From NCBI GenBank assembly GCA_964504025.1, contig CAZDCO010000001.1:1397-65396 (forward strand): 64,000 bases of DNA. The letters are read 5' to 3'. The first letter of the stretch is position 1, and every line of letters begins with the position of its first letter. The notes below the pieces were generated by a model, which worked only from the letters and a program-made list of their open reading frames with translations, had not been told where the DNA came from and made no database searches. The DNA comes from an uncultured Clostridia bacterium (GTDB lineage: Bacteria; Bacillota; Clostridia; Christensenellales; Borkfalkiaceae). Shown in pieces: positions 37,289-45,664 of this stretch. A program made the translations under genes and the position numbers.

Positions 37289-37327
37289 AAAAAATCGTCC
37301 TGTCGAATACAGGACGATTTTTTTTTA
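37289..37327. terminator. Bidirectional rho-independent terminator closing the locus
   Basis: AAAAATCGTCCTGT-CGAAT-ACAGGACGATTTTTTTTT. Confidence 0.9.
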
Positions 37328-37340
37328 CGCATGAGTGTTT

Positions 37341-38252
37341 TTATTTCGTTTTCTTAAAATCGGTTACAGGGATCGGCGTATCGAGCGGCGTTTCCTCAAA
37401 GTCTTTATAAAAGGTGTTCCATTTCTTTCGGTAGGTGGCAGGGGACACGCCGAATTCTCGTTTGAAAATTTGCGTGAAATGCCCCAACGACGAGAAACCG
37501 ATGTTCGAGGAAATGTTAGAAATCGTCAAATTCGTCGATTCTAACAACCGCTTCGAATAATCGAGCTTGATCTTCAAAAAATATTGCGACGGCGTAAGCC
37601 CGATCTCCTTTTTGAATAGCCGTATGATATGACAATGCGAATAGTTGACGGATGTTAAAATTTCGTCGATCGATTGCGTAATGTTTTTTTCGTCGTGCAT
37701 CAACGTGATAATCTCGTTGACAGCCGCGCTGTAACGGGGCTGTTCCTCGTCGTTCGGTTTCCGAATTTTCGCGTTGTAGAACAACTCCTTTAACATGGAA
37801 AGGAAGATCATCGTTACGAAATTGTCATATTCGTTTCCGCCCGTGTTTTCCACGATACGCGATTTGTGATACATATTGACGAACGAATCGGTGATCGATT
37901 GCTTGATCTCGTATTCGATATACGGCTCTTCCAAAAGGGAAGCGTATAAATCGGGCGCAAGACAATCGCAGATCGTTTTGAACGTTTCCGTCCTTACGAT
38001 CAGGTTCAAATGCGCGGATTGCCCGTTAAAAACGTTAAAAATCGCGTGTTTGTCCTCGGGACGGAGAACGAGCAACGTGTTTTTGGGTACTTGCCGCTCT
38101 ATACGGTTGATCTTGTGTACGATCGTGCCCTCCGTTACGATGACGAATTCCCAAAAGTCGTGATAATGGAATTCGGGATAGTCCGTTTGCATATAGTGCA
38201 TCGCAAAGTTGCTTTGCGAATGTGGGGGAGTAACGAATAAATGCTTTTTCAT
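37341..38252 (-). CDS. AraC-family transcriptional regulator (cupin sensor plus HTH)
   Basis: The N-terminus HYHDFWEFVIVTEG is cupin-like. The C-terminus has the AraC HTH (SVNYSHCHIIRLFKKEIGLTPSQY...GFSSLGHFTQIFKREFGVSPATYRK). It is divergent from the ABC sugar operon. Confidence 0.9.
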   Translation of the reverse strand: MKKHLFVTPPHSQSNFAMHYMQTDYPEFHYHDFWEFVIVTEGTIVHKINRIERQVPKNTLLVLRPEDKHAIFNVFNGQSAHLNLIVRTETFKTICDCLAPDLYASLLEEPYIEYEIKQSITDSFVNMYHKSRIVENTGGNEYDNFVTMIFLSMLKELFYNAKIRKPNDEEQPRYSAAVNEIITLMHDEKNITQSIDEILTSVNYSHCHIIRLFKKEIGLTPSQYFLKIKLDYSKRLLESTNLTISNISSNIGFSSLGHFTQIFKREFGVSPATYRKKWNTFYKDFEETPLDTPIPVTDFKKTK

Positions 38253-38413
38253 AAATAGCTCCTAAATGGGGCGCAAGGACGAGCGCACGGCAAAAAACCG
38301 ACGCAAATTCGCTTGCGACGAAAATATTATATAACACAAAAAAGATAATGTCAAGGAAAATGTTAAAAAATCATAAAAAATTAGTCGATTTTTATGTAGA
38401 AAATGTTTGTAAA

Positions 38414-38439
38414 TACTGATAAAATGTTAGTACTGATAA
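38414..38439. promoter_or_regulatory. Direct repeat TACTGATAA x2 (17-bp period) in the divergent araC/ABC intergenic region, a candidate operator
   Basis: TACTGATAA occurs at 38414-38422 and 38431-38439, upstream of the SBP gene. Confidence 0.4.
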
Positions 38440-38470
38440 TTTGTAAACTATATTTTTGTGAGGTTTTGAC

Positions 38471-40282
38471 ATGAAAAAATTTAAGTATCTCTTGGTAGGC
38501 GGCTTGCTCGCCTGCACGACGGTGGCGTCTACGGCGTGTAATTTCGGCCCTGGCGATTCCGACGAGGAAGATCTTGGTAGCAGAATCGAGATTATCTTGG
38601 AAACGGACGGCGGCGGTCTCGGCACGGAATGGGTTACGGCAGCTGGTAAACGTTTCGAAAAGACGGTTGCCGACAAACAATACGGTAACTATACGGGCGT
38701 TAAAATTTCCGCGAAAGCAGGCAGCGGCGTAACCTTGTCCGGTGCTGCGTCCGACGGTACGGCAATCTACGACTTGTCCGCAGTGGACAGCGTTAAAACG
38801 GCTGCAACTTCGGTTCTCGATTTGACCGATCTCGTAACGTCCACCCTTGAAAAGGATAGCAGGGGACAAGACGTTTCCATCGAGGACAAGATCGATACGA
38901 GCGAGCGCGGTAGATATCAATATGATGGTAAATATCTTGCGTTGCCCAGCATCGAATATTATCCCAGCATTTCCTACGACGTAAACCTTTTCGATAACTA
39001 CGGCTTGTATTTTGCAAGTGGGGAAACGGAAAACGCGTGGGAGTGTGAAATTTTAGATCAAACGTACTATTTTACCGCTAACGCAAGCGAAAAGGCATGC
39101 GGTCCCGACGGACAAACCGGTACGTCCGATGACGGTTTGCCTACCTCTTTGTACGAATTTATCGCTCTTTGCGATTATATGAAGAGCGGCGGCAAAGGGA
39201 TTCACCCCATTAACTTTACGGGCGCATATAGCTATTATTCCGACTTTATGTTGACTGCGCTTACCTATTCGTTGTTGGGTTGGGAGAAAGCGCAAGCGAC
39301 CTTCTCGTTCAACTGTAGCGAAATGGAAATCGTAACCGGTTTCACGAACGACAATTTGTTCCCCGGCAGCGACATTGCGAAGAAACCTACGACGCAAAAA
39401 GTGGCTATCACCGAAGAGAACGGTTATTTGACGACGTGGTCGGTTGAAAAATATTATGCGGAAGCGTTCTTTGATCTTTGCTTGGAAAAAGGTTGGTTTG
39501 GTCCTTCCGTTGCGAGCGGCGACGATCAGGTTGCTGCAATGAGAAAGTTCATTTACAGCGATAAGAGCTCGAGGGACCAGAAAATCGGTATGCACATCGA
39601 CGGTTCGTTCTGGTATAACGAAGCAACACTTAAAGGCGTCATCGACAGCTATAACGCGGCGGTTGGTGAGAACATGGGTCAAGGCTTAAAGGGTGAAAGA
39701 AAGGTGGCTTTGATGTCCCTTCCCGTATCCTTTGACGAGACGGTTACCGAAGAGAACGAGCTTGGCAGAGGACAAGTGTTCGTCGATATGTGGCGTTCTA
39801 TGCTCGTCGTAAACGCGAACGTTGTCAATACGCCCGGTAAGAAGGAAGCTACGTTAGATTTCTTGAAATTCTTGTATACGGACGCAGAGTTGGCAAACTA
39901 TACCGCGTTGACCTCAGTTCGTAAATCGTTGAACTATACCGTTCCCGATTCGCAATACAACAACATGCCCTACTACGGAAAAGAATTGTTGAATATGCTG
40001 AACGACGAAAACAACCACGTTCTCCATTTCGAAGGCGGCAACGAAACGTTTGCAGGCGCACCGTCGGAATTCGTTACGGTAAACTGGAACACGAACGGTA
40101 TCTTCATGTACGGTGGTAAGAACTATTATAAATACCGCAAGGATAATAGCACCGTATACGCAGCCGAAATCTTCAAAGGTCAATCGATCAAGCAATCGAA
40201 ATGGAAGAGCATCTATAAGGGTAGCTTGTCGGCAGCTGCGTTGACCGAAGCTCTTGCGACGTTCCCTGCGGAAATTGCATAA
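38471..40282 (+). CDS. Large extracellular solute-binding lipoprotein of a carbohydrate ABC transporter (LplA-like)
   Basis: Lipoprotein signal (LLACTTVASTAC), 603 aa, directly upstream of two binding-protein-dependent permease genes. Confidence 0.7.
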   Translation: MKKFKYLLVGGLLACTTVASTACNFGPGDSDEEDLGSRIEIILETDGGGLGTEWVTAAGKRFEKTVADKQYGNYTGVKISAKAGSGVTLSGAASDGTAIYDLSAVDSVKTAATSVLDLTDLVTSTLEKDSRGQDVSIEDKIDTSERGRYQYDGKYLALPSIEYYPSISYDVNLFDNYGLYFASGETENAWECEILDQTYYFTANASEKACGPDGQTGTSDDGLPTSLYEFIALCDYMKSGGKGIHPINFTGAYSYYSDFMLTALTYSLLGWEKAQATFSFNCSEMEIVTGFTNDNLFPGSDIAKKPTTQKVAITEENGYLTTWSVEKYYAEAFFDLCLEKGWFGPSVASGDDQVAAMRKFIYSDKSSRDQKIGMHIDGSFWYNEATLKGVIDSYNAAVGENMGQGLKGERKVALMSLPVSFDETVTEENELGRGQVFVDMWRSMLVVNANVVNTPGKKEATLDFLKFLYTDAELANYTALTSVRKSLNYTVPDSQYNNMPYYGKELLNMLNDENNHVLHFEGGNETFAGAPSEFVTVNWNTNGIFMYGGKNYYKYRKDNSTVYAAEIFKGQSIKQSKWKSIYKGSLSAAALTEALATFPAEIA

Positions 40283-40309
40283 TTCGCGTCAGGATAAATT
40301 TTTCAAAGA

Positions 40310-40336
40310 CAGCGGCTCGTTTTGCGCGAGCCGCTG
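40310..40336 (+). other. Perfect 10-bp stem hairpin after the SBP gene
   Basis: CAGCGGCTCG-TTTTGCG-CGAGCCGCTG. No T-run follows, so it is probably an mRNA-stability or partial-termination element. Confidence 0.5.
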
Positions 40337-40403
40337 AAAAATGAAAGGTGTGGCAAAATTGTTTTGTTTTCGCCTGACACTATAAAAAGTTGGTGAAATA
40401 TTG

Positions 40404-41417
40404 ATGAATACTACTATGTTTGAAGCGGGCACGGAGAACGTACCGAGCCCCGAGAAAAAAGTGATGACGAGAGAGCAAAAACGTTCGATTTTCTTCGGCT
40501 GTATGATTGCTATCCCCGTGATCCTTTTTGTCATTTTTTATGCAGTCGTAAACGTTGATGTCATTTTGATGGCGTTTAAGCAATACGAACTCATCGAGAA
40601 CAACGGCGTATATTTCTATAAAGAAAAGTTCGTCTTATGGGACAACTTTAAGGTTGTTTTCGAGATGCTGAACTTTACAGTAGAAGGCGCGGCGTCGTCG
40701 AACTGGCAAATGGTTACCAATTCGCTTAAGTTGTGGGCGTTCAAATTATGCTTAGGTTTGCCTGTGTCGATTATCTTTTCTTATTACGTGTATAAGAAAT
40801 GTTACGCATCGGGCTTTTTCCGCGTTATCTTGTTCTTGCCGAACGTTATCTCGAACATTATCATGGTATATACCTTCCGTTTTGTCGTAGATAGAGCGTT
40901 AGTCGTGTCGCTCGGTTTTGATCAGGGCTTAACGAAAGATCCGACCACTGCTTTCGGCACCGTTTTGTTCTTCAACCTTTGGTTGGGCTTTGCTGCGCAA
41001 ACGCTTATGTTTACCAGCGCCATGTCGGGCATTGACGAATCGATTGTCGAAGCCGCGGAAATGGACGGCGTATCCGCTATGGGCGAATTGTGGTATATCA
41101 CCCTGCCCATGATCTATTCGACGTGTACGACGTTCGTCGTTATCGGTATCGCGGAAATCTTTACCGACCAAATGAGTTTGATGACGTTCTACGACAAGTT
41201 TGACGCACTTCCTGAAGTGCGTAATGTTGGATTCTTTTTGTATCAGCAAGCGTATCTCTCGGAACTCATTCCTGGTACGCAGTGGTCGCCTACTACGCCC
41301 AACGGTAAGCTTTCGCATCCTCAGTTGTCCGCGTTCGGCGTAATTATTTCGGCTATCATCATTCCGTTGTCTTTCCTCGTGAGAAGAGTCATGGAAAAAG
41401 TGGGCCCCGAGGTCTAA
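40404..41417 (+). CDS. ABC sugar transporter permease (LplB-like)
   Basis: Multi-TM protein with the EAA loop VEAAEMDGVSAMGELWYITLP. Confidence 0.85.
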   Translation: MNTTMFEAGTENVPSPEKKVMTREQKRSIFFGCMIAIPVILFVIFYAVVNVDVILMAFKQYELIENNGVYFYKEKFVLWDNFKVVFEMLNFTVEGAASSNWQMVTNSLKLWAFKLCLGLPVSIIFSYYVYKKCYASGFFRVILFLPNVISNIIMVYTFRFVVDRALVVSLGFDQGLTKDPTTAFGTVLFFNLWLGFAAQTLMFTSAMSGIDESIVEAAEMDGVSAMGELWYITLPMIYSTCTTFVVIGIAEIFTDQMSLMTFYDKFDALPEVRNVGFFLYQQAYLSELIPGTQWSPTTPNGKLSHPQLSAFGVIISAIIIPLSFLVRRVMEKVGPEV

Positions 41418-41437
41418 CAAAAGGAGTGTGAACTGAT

Positions 41438-42409
41438 ATGAAAAAAGTTGAAAAGAAAGGAAAAATGAACGCATTTTTCTGGGTAGTTTTCGTCGTGTTG
41501 GTGGCGTACACCCTGCTGATGTTCTTCCTGCTTGCGTTAGGCTTAAATACTTCCTTAAAACCCATAGATCAAATCGCTGTTTATGACGACTATTTCGGCT
41601 TACCGAGCTTAGAGCTTTGGAAAATCGACCCGAACGGTAAAGGTAATATGTTCTACAACTACCAATTCGTGTTTGAGAACTTAAAGCTGGGGAAGGCAGA
41701 TGCCCTTGGCGGTAGCTATTATGCAGGTTTGTTCGTAAAAACGCAGGAAAGCACGAATCCCCGTGCGAACGTCATTACGGCTACGATTTATACGGCGATG
41801 TACGCCGTCGTAGGTTCGCTCGTAGCGACGTTTGTCCCTATGTTTATGGGATATTTGTGTGCAAAATATACCAACAAAGTATCGTCTATTTTGTACGGCG
41901 TAGTCGTTTTCGTTATGGCAGTGCCTATCGTCGGTGCGCAACCTGCAACCATTAACCTGATGCGTAACCTGCGCTTGTACGATTCGTTCTTTGGCGACTG
42001 GCTCCGAAAAGCAAGCTTTACGAATATGTACTTCTTGATTTTCTACGCCTACTTTAAGAGTTTGGCAAGCAGCTACGACGAAGCGGCGGAAATCGACGGT
42101 GCGTCGCAGTTTACCGTAATGTTCCGCATCTGCTTACCTTTGGCAAAGAACATTTTCGGAACGGTATTCTTGATGCTGTTCGTATCCTTCTGGAACGATT
42201 ACACGACGCCCATGATGTTCATTCCTTCCTATCCTACCTTGTCCTACTTGGTATATATGAAGACGACCTATCTTTCGGGCGGTGTAATGGCACAAACAGT
42301 TTATCAGTTTGCCGCGTTGATGGTATTTGCTATTCCTATCATCATCATCTTCTGTATCTTCAACAAGCGTTTGATGAGCAACATGACGGTGGGCGGTATC
42401 AAAGGTTAA
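41438..42409 (+). CDS. ABC sugar transporter permease (LplC-like)
   Basis: Multi-TM protein with the EAA loop DEAAEIDGASQFTVMFRICLP. Confidence 0.85.
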   Translation: MKKVEKKGKMNAFFWVVFVVLVAYTLLMFFLLALGLNTSLKPIDQIAVYDDYFGLPSLELWKIDPNGKGNMFYNYQFVFENLKLGKADALGGSYYAGLFVKTQESTNPRANVITATIYTAMYAVVGSLVATFVPMFMGYLCAKYTNKVSSILYGVVVFVMAVPIVGAQPATINLMRNLRLYDSFFGDWLRKASFTNMYFLIFYAYFKSLASSYDEAAEIDGASQFTVMFRICLPLAKNIFGTVFLMLFVSFWNDYTTPMMFIPSYPTLSYLVYMKTTYLSGGVMAQTVYQFAALMVFAIPIIIIFCIFNKRLMSNMTVGGIKG

Positions 42410-42450
42410 TTTAGGTAAAAGTTAAATTCAAATATATATAAAGGAGAATT

Positions 42451-45400
42451 ATGAGAAACAGCAAATTTAGAAAAGTTAGCTTGTTAGCAGCCAGCATATT
42501 AGCCGTTTCTACGATCAGCGTTGCAGCTGCAGGGCTCGTCGGTTGCGATTCGGACGCAAACGTTCCGCCCGTAGCAGTCGCAGCGGAAATTACGAACAGC
42601 TCGTCGTTGCCTGCGAACACCGTAATGTGCGGCACCGTAGCAACCTTGCCCGAAAGCGTACAAGTAAGCTATAACGGTGCGAACTACACGGCTTCCGGCT
42701 GTAAAGTTACGTCTCCCGACGGCTTGACGAAGAACGCCGCAGGCGAGTTGGCGTTTATCCAAATGGGACGGTATACGTTGCGCTATTTCTTTACGGATAG
42801 CGATAACGTTCAACGCAACGTCCAACACATCGTAAACGTAACGGATAGCTATTTCTCGCTTTCAAGCGGTAACGAAGCTACGTATATCAAAACGAATAAT
42901 GAGTCGACGTTGCATTGCGGCAAAGACGGTATCAGCGTTGAATTGACGGAGGGTACGACCTTCACGTACAATAAACCGATCGACTTGCGTAATGCAAGCG
43001 AGGACGGCTTGACCGATATTATCGAAGTCGACGCACGTATCGGTACAATGGCGACAGACGCGGAAGGGAATCAGTTATATGATCCCATCGCTGATATTCT
43101 TTGGGTACAGGTTACGGACGCGTATAACCCCAACCTGTCGATGACCATTCGTATGGGTAGACATTCCGATTATAACGGTGCGTACATGATCGGCGTAAAA
43201 ACGTCCTATCAATCGCTCGTCGGTTTGGATGCAGGCAGTGAACCTATCCGTACCGATACGCAACGCTACGTATATATCGACGACGTGAAATACCTGCTTT
43301 GGCCGGACGAAAAGGGATATGCCAACTCCGGCTTGCCGAACATCAAATCGGCTATGACGACGGGTATTTCTTGGAGATACGATTATGAAAAAATGCGTTT
43401 GTACTGGTCGTATAACGGATCGAAAGATAACATGTTGACCGACCTGGACGAAGCGTTGATTTACGATAACGGTACGTTCTTCCCCGGTTGGACGACCGGC
43501 GAAGTATTCGTAAGCGTCTATGCGGAGGGCTATCACAAGGATACGGCAAAAGCGGAAATTATGTCGATCGGCGGCTCGTCCGTGCATAATCTCGTAAATG
43601 AACCGTATTCCGATACCGTGAAACCTACCATTACGGTATTGCAAGATAAAACGACGGACAGCGGCATTAAAGCAGCCGTAGGCGACGTCGTAACCATTCC
43701 GCAAGCGAAAGCGGACGACGTAAACCTGATCGGTAGCGTCGAAGCGGCTGTATATACGAACTACGGTACGCCTTATCAGACCGCCATTACGGTAACGAAC
43801 GGAAAGTTCACGCCTACGCAAGCGGCGGAATACACGATCGAGTATACTGCGAAAGACGGTAGCGGCAACGTCGGCACGGCAACCTTTAACGTGTTGGCTG
43901 TCAATACCACGAGCAACAAATCGATTACGTTGACGCCGATGAATCCGACGGCTGATGATTTGAAGATCGGTATTCCCTTCAACGTACAACGTACGGTTGA
44001 AAGCGCGTTGAACGTAGAAGCGGACGATATCGACGTAACGTTGAACATCACCCATAACGGCGAACCCGTTTCCGTGAACAGGGACGGTACGTTCATTCCT
44101 TTGATCGCAGGCACGTATAAGATTTCCTACGTATATTCCGACGGCATTTTCAGCTATAACGACGAGCACGAATACGAGTTTACGCCTAACACCGCGACGA
44201 CTTTCGTAGAAAACGTGCTTATGCCGAAATACTTCGTAAAAGGCTTGAAATATTCGCTCGGCGATCTTTGTGCGTATAGCTTCGGCACGGGCGCGCCCAT
44301 AGCGGAAAATACGCAAGTGTACGCCGTATACGACGGCGGTGCGGAAACGCTCGTCGATCAAAATGCAGTGCAGATCACCGGAAACAACTCGGTATACTTC
44401 GTGTTCAAATCCGGTTCGGCGGTGCAACGAACGGCGACCGCGCAAATCGTTGACGCTTCTCTTGAATCGGGCAACGGTATCGCAATGGAAAAACTCTTCC
44501 TTGGTGACTTCACGGCGAATGCTGTGAACGACAAGGGTGCAAGACGAACAGAAATTATGTTCAAGGCGAACAAGAACGGCGACAGCAAGTTGTCTTTCGT
44601 GAACCAAATTTCCACGAGATCGTTCGCAATCGACTATTTCTTGAGAGAAGCAACGTCGAACATGACGGGTTTCCGCTTGATCTTTACGGACGTAGAGGAC
44701 GCAACGAAGACGTATACGATGACCTTCGAGAAAGGCGGTGCTCCTGCGGAAAGCTCTACGGTAAGTTTTAACGGCAAACCTTCGCAAACGTTGACGCGCT
44801 ATCCTTTCTATAGTGCGAACCAAAAAACAATCAGCTACGAACACGCTACCCATAAATTGTTGATCGGCGATACGACTTTCTTTGAAGAAATTTCCATTCC
44901 TTCGGGTAAGTGCTATTTCGATATCGAATTTTTGGGCGTAAGCGGTGATGCGGCGATCAGCGTTAGAAAAATCAACAACCAAAACATTTTTGGTACGTTG
45001 TACAAAGATAACGCAGAACCTCAAATTTACGTGGATACCAAACAAGGTCTCTACACCGTAGGTGACGAGGTAACGTTGAGTGTTCCCGAAATCTCCGACG
45101 TATTCTCCGGTATCGATTATGCCAGAACGGAATTCTCGATTTATTGCAGCGACGGTAGCCCCGTACTTGACAAGAACGGCAATGCGTTAACGAATTTGAA
45201 GTGGGACGAATCGTACACCGTAAAACTCGATCGTATGGGAAGGTATACCGTTGCCTACGTCGTATACGATTTTGGTGGAGAATCCGCGAACTTCGAATAC
45301 GTTTTGAATTGCGTCGACCTTACGGCTCCGACGATCAACGTGGAGAACGTGGCAGACGGCGGTGTAATCCACGTAAAAGTCGGTAACCAAATCATCATTC

Positions 45401-45645
45401 GGTTTAACGTATCCGACGATCAAACGCCGACGAATCAGCTTGTAACGTATATGCATATCTCTTGGGATAGCGCGTTCCAATTTATCCGTGATATTTGCGG
45501 CTTAGGTCCTAACAATATCGCCGAGGACGGAAGATACGAAGCGAGATTTACGTTGACGATCAAGGGCGAATATACGGCTATCATCCAAGTTTGGGATGCA
45601 AATGGCAATATCGCTACGAAGAGAATTCAAATCGTTGTAGAGTAA
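42451..45645 (+). CDS. Large surface lipoprotein (1064 aa), repeated beta-sandwich/Ig-like modules, function unknown
   Basis: Lipobox LVGCDSD. Long beta-rich sequence with recurring 'T...V.V.D..G' type modules. It lies in the sugar locus. Confidence 0.6.
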   Translation: MRNSKFRKVSLLAASILAVSTISVAAAGLVGCDSDANVPPVAVAAEITNSSSLPANTVMCGTVATLPESVQVSYNGANYTASGCKVTSPDGLTKNAAGELAFIQMGRYTLRYFFTDSDNVQRNVQHIVNVTDSYFSLSSGNEATYIKTNNESTLHCGKDGISVELTEGTTFTYNKPIDLRNASEDGLTDIIEVDARIGTMATDAEGNQLYDPIADILWVQVTDAYNPNLSMTIRMGRHSDYNGAYMIGVKTSYQSLVGLDAGSEPIRTDTQRYVYIDDVKYLLWPDEKGYANSGLPNIKSAMTTGISWRYDYEKMRLYWSYNGSKDNMLTDLDEALIYDNGTFFPGWTTGEVFVSVYAEGYHKDTAKAEIMSIGGSSVHNLVNEPYSDTVKPTITVLQDKTTDSGIKAAVGDVVTIPQAKADDVNLIGSVEAAVYTNYGTPYQTAITVTNGKFTPTQAAEYTIEYTAKDGSGNVGTATFNVLAVNTTSNKSITLTPMNPTADDLKIGIPFNVQRTVESALNVEADDIDVTLNITHNGEPVSVNRDGTFIPLIAGTYKISYVYSDGIFSYNDEHEYEFTPNTATTFVENVLMPKYFVKGLKYSLGDLCAYSFGTGAPIAENTQVYAVYDGGAETLVDQNAVQITGNNSVYFVFKSGSAVQRTATAQIVDASLESGNGIAMEKLFLGDFTANAVNDKGARRTEIMFKANKNGDSKLSFVNQISTRSFAIDYFLREATSNMTGFRLIFTDVEDATKTYTMTFEKGGAPAESSTVSFNGKPSQTLTRYPFYSANQKTISYEHATHKLLIGDTTFFEEISIPSGKCYFDIEFLGVSGDAAISVRKINNQNIFGTLYKDNAEPQIYVDTKQGLYTVGDEVTLSVPEISDVFSGIDYARTEFSIYCSDGSPVLDKNGNALTNLKWDESYTVKLDRMGRYTVAYVVYDFGGESANFEYVLNCVDLTAPTINVENVADGGVIHVKVGNQIIIRFNVSDDQTPTNQLVTYMHISWDSAFQFIRDICGLGPNNIAEDGRYEARFTLTIKGEYTAIIQVWDANGNIATKRIQIVVE

Positions 45646-45664
45646 TAGGAGTGAAAGAAAATAT

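Noticed and set aside
23168-37327. The fibre locus as a mobile element, prophage or genomic island.
   Set aside because: No integrase, transposase, recombinase or tRNA, and no flanking direct or inverted repeats, were seen at either boundary. The borders are ordinary terminators.
43075-45045. 656-aa minus-strand ORF. Similar long antisense ORFs lie at 45701..47491, 47976..50267, 32319..34010, 30984..31625 and 51844..52767.
   Set aside because: Each lies entirely antisense to plus-strand genes that have signal peptides, RBSs and recognisable modules. Their translations are R/F/V/H-rich and low-complexity, as is typical of shadow frames, and no RBS or promoter context was seen.
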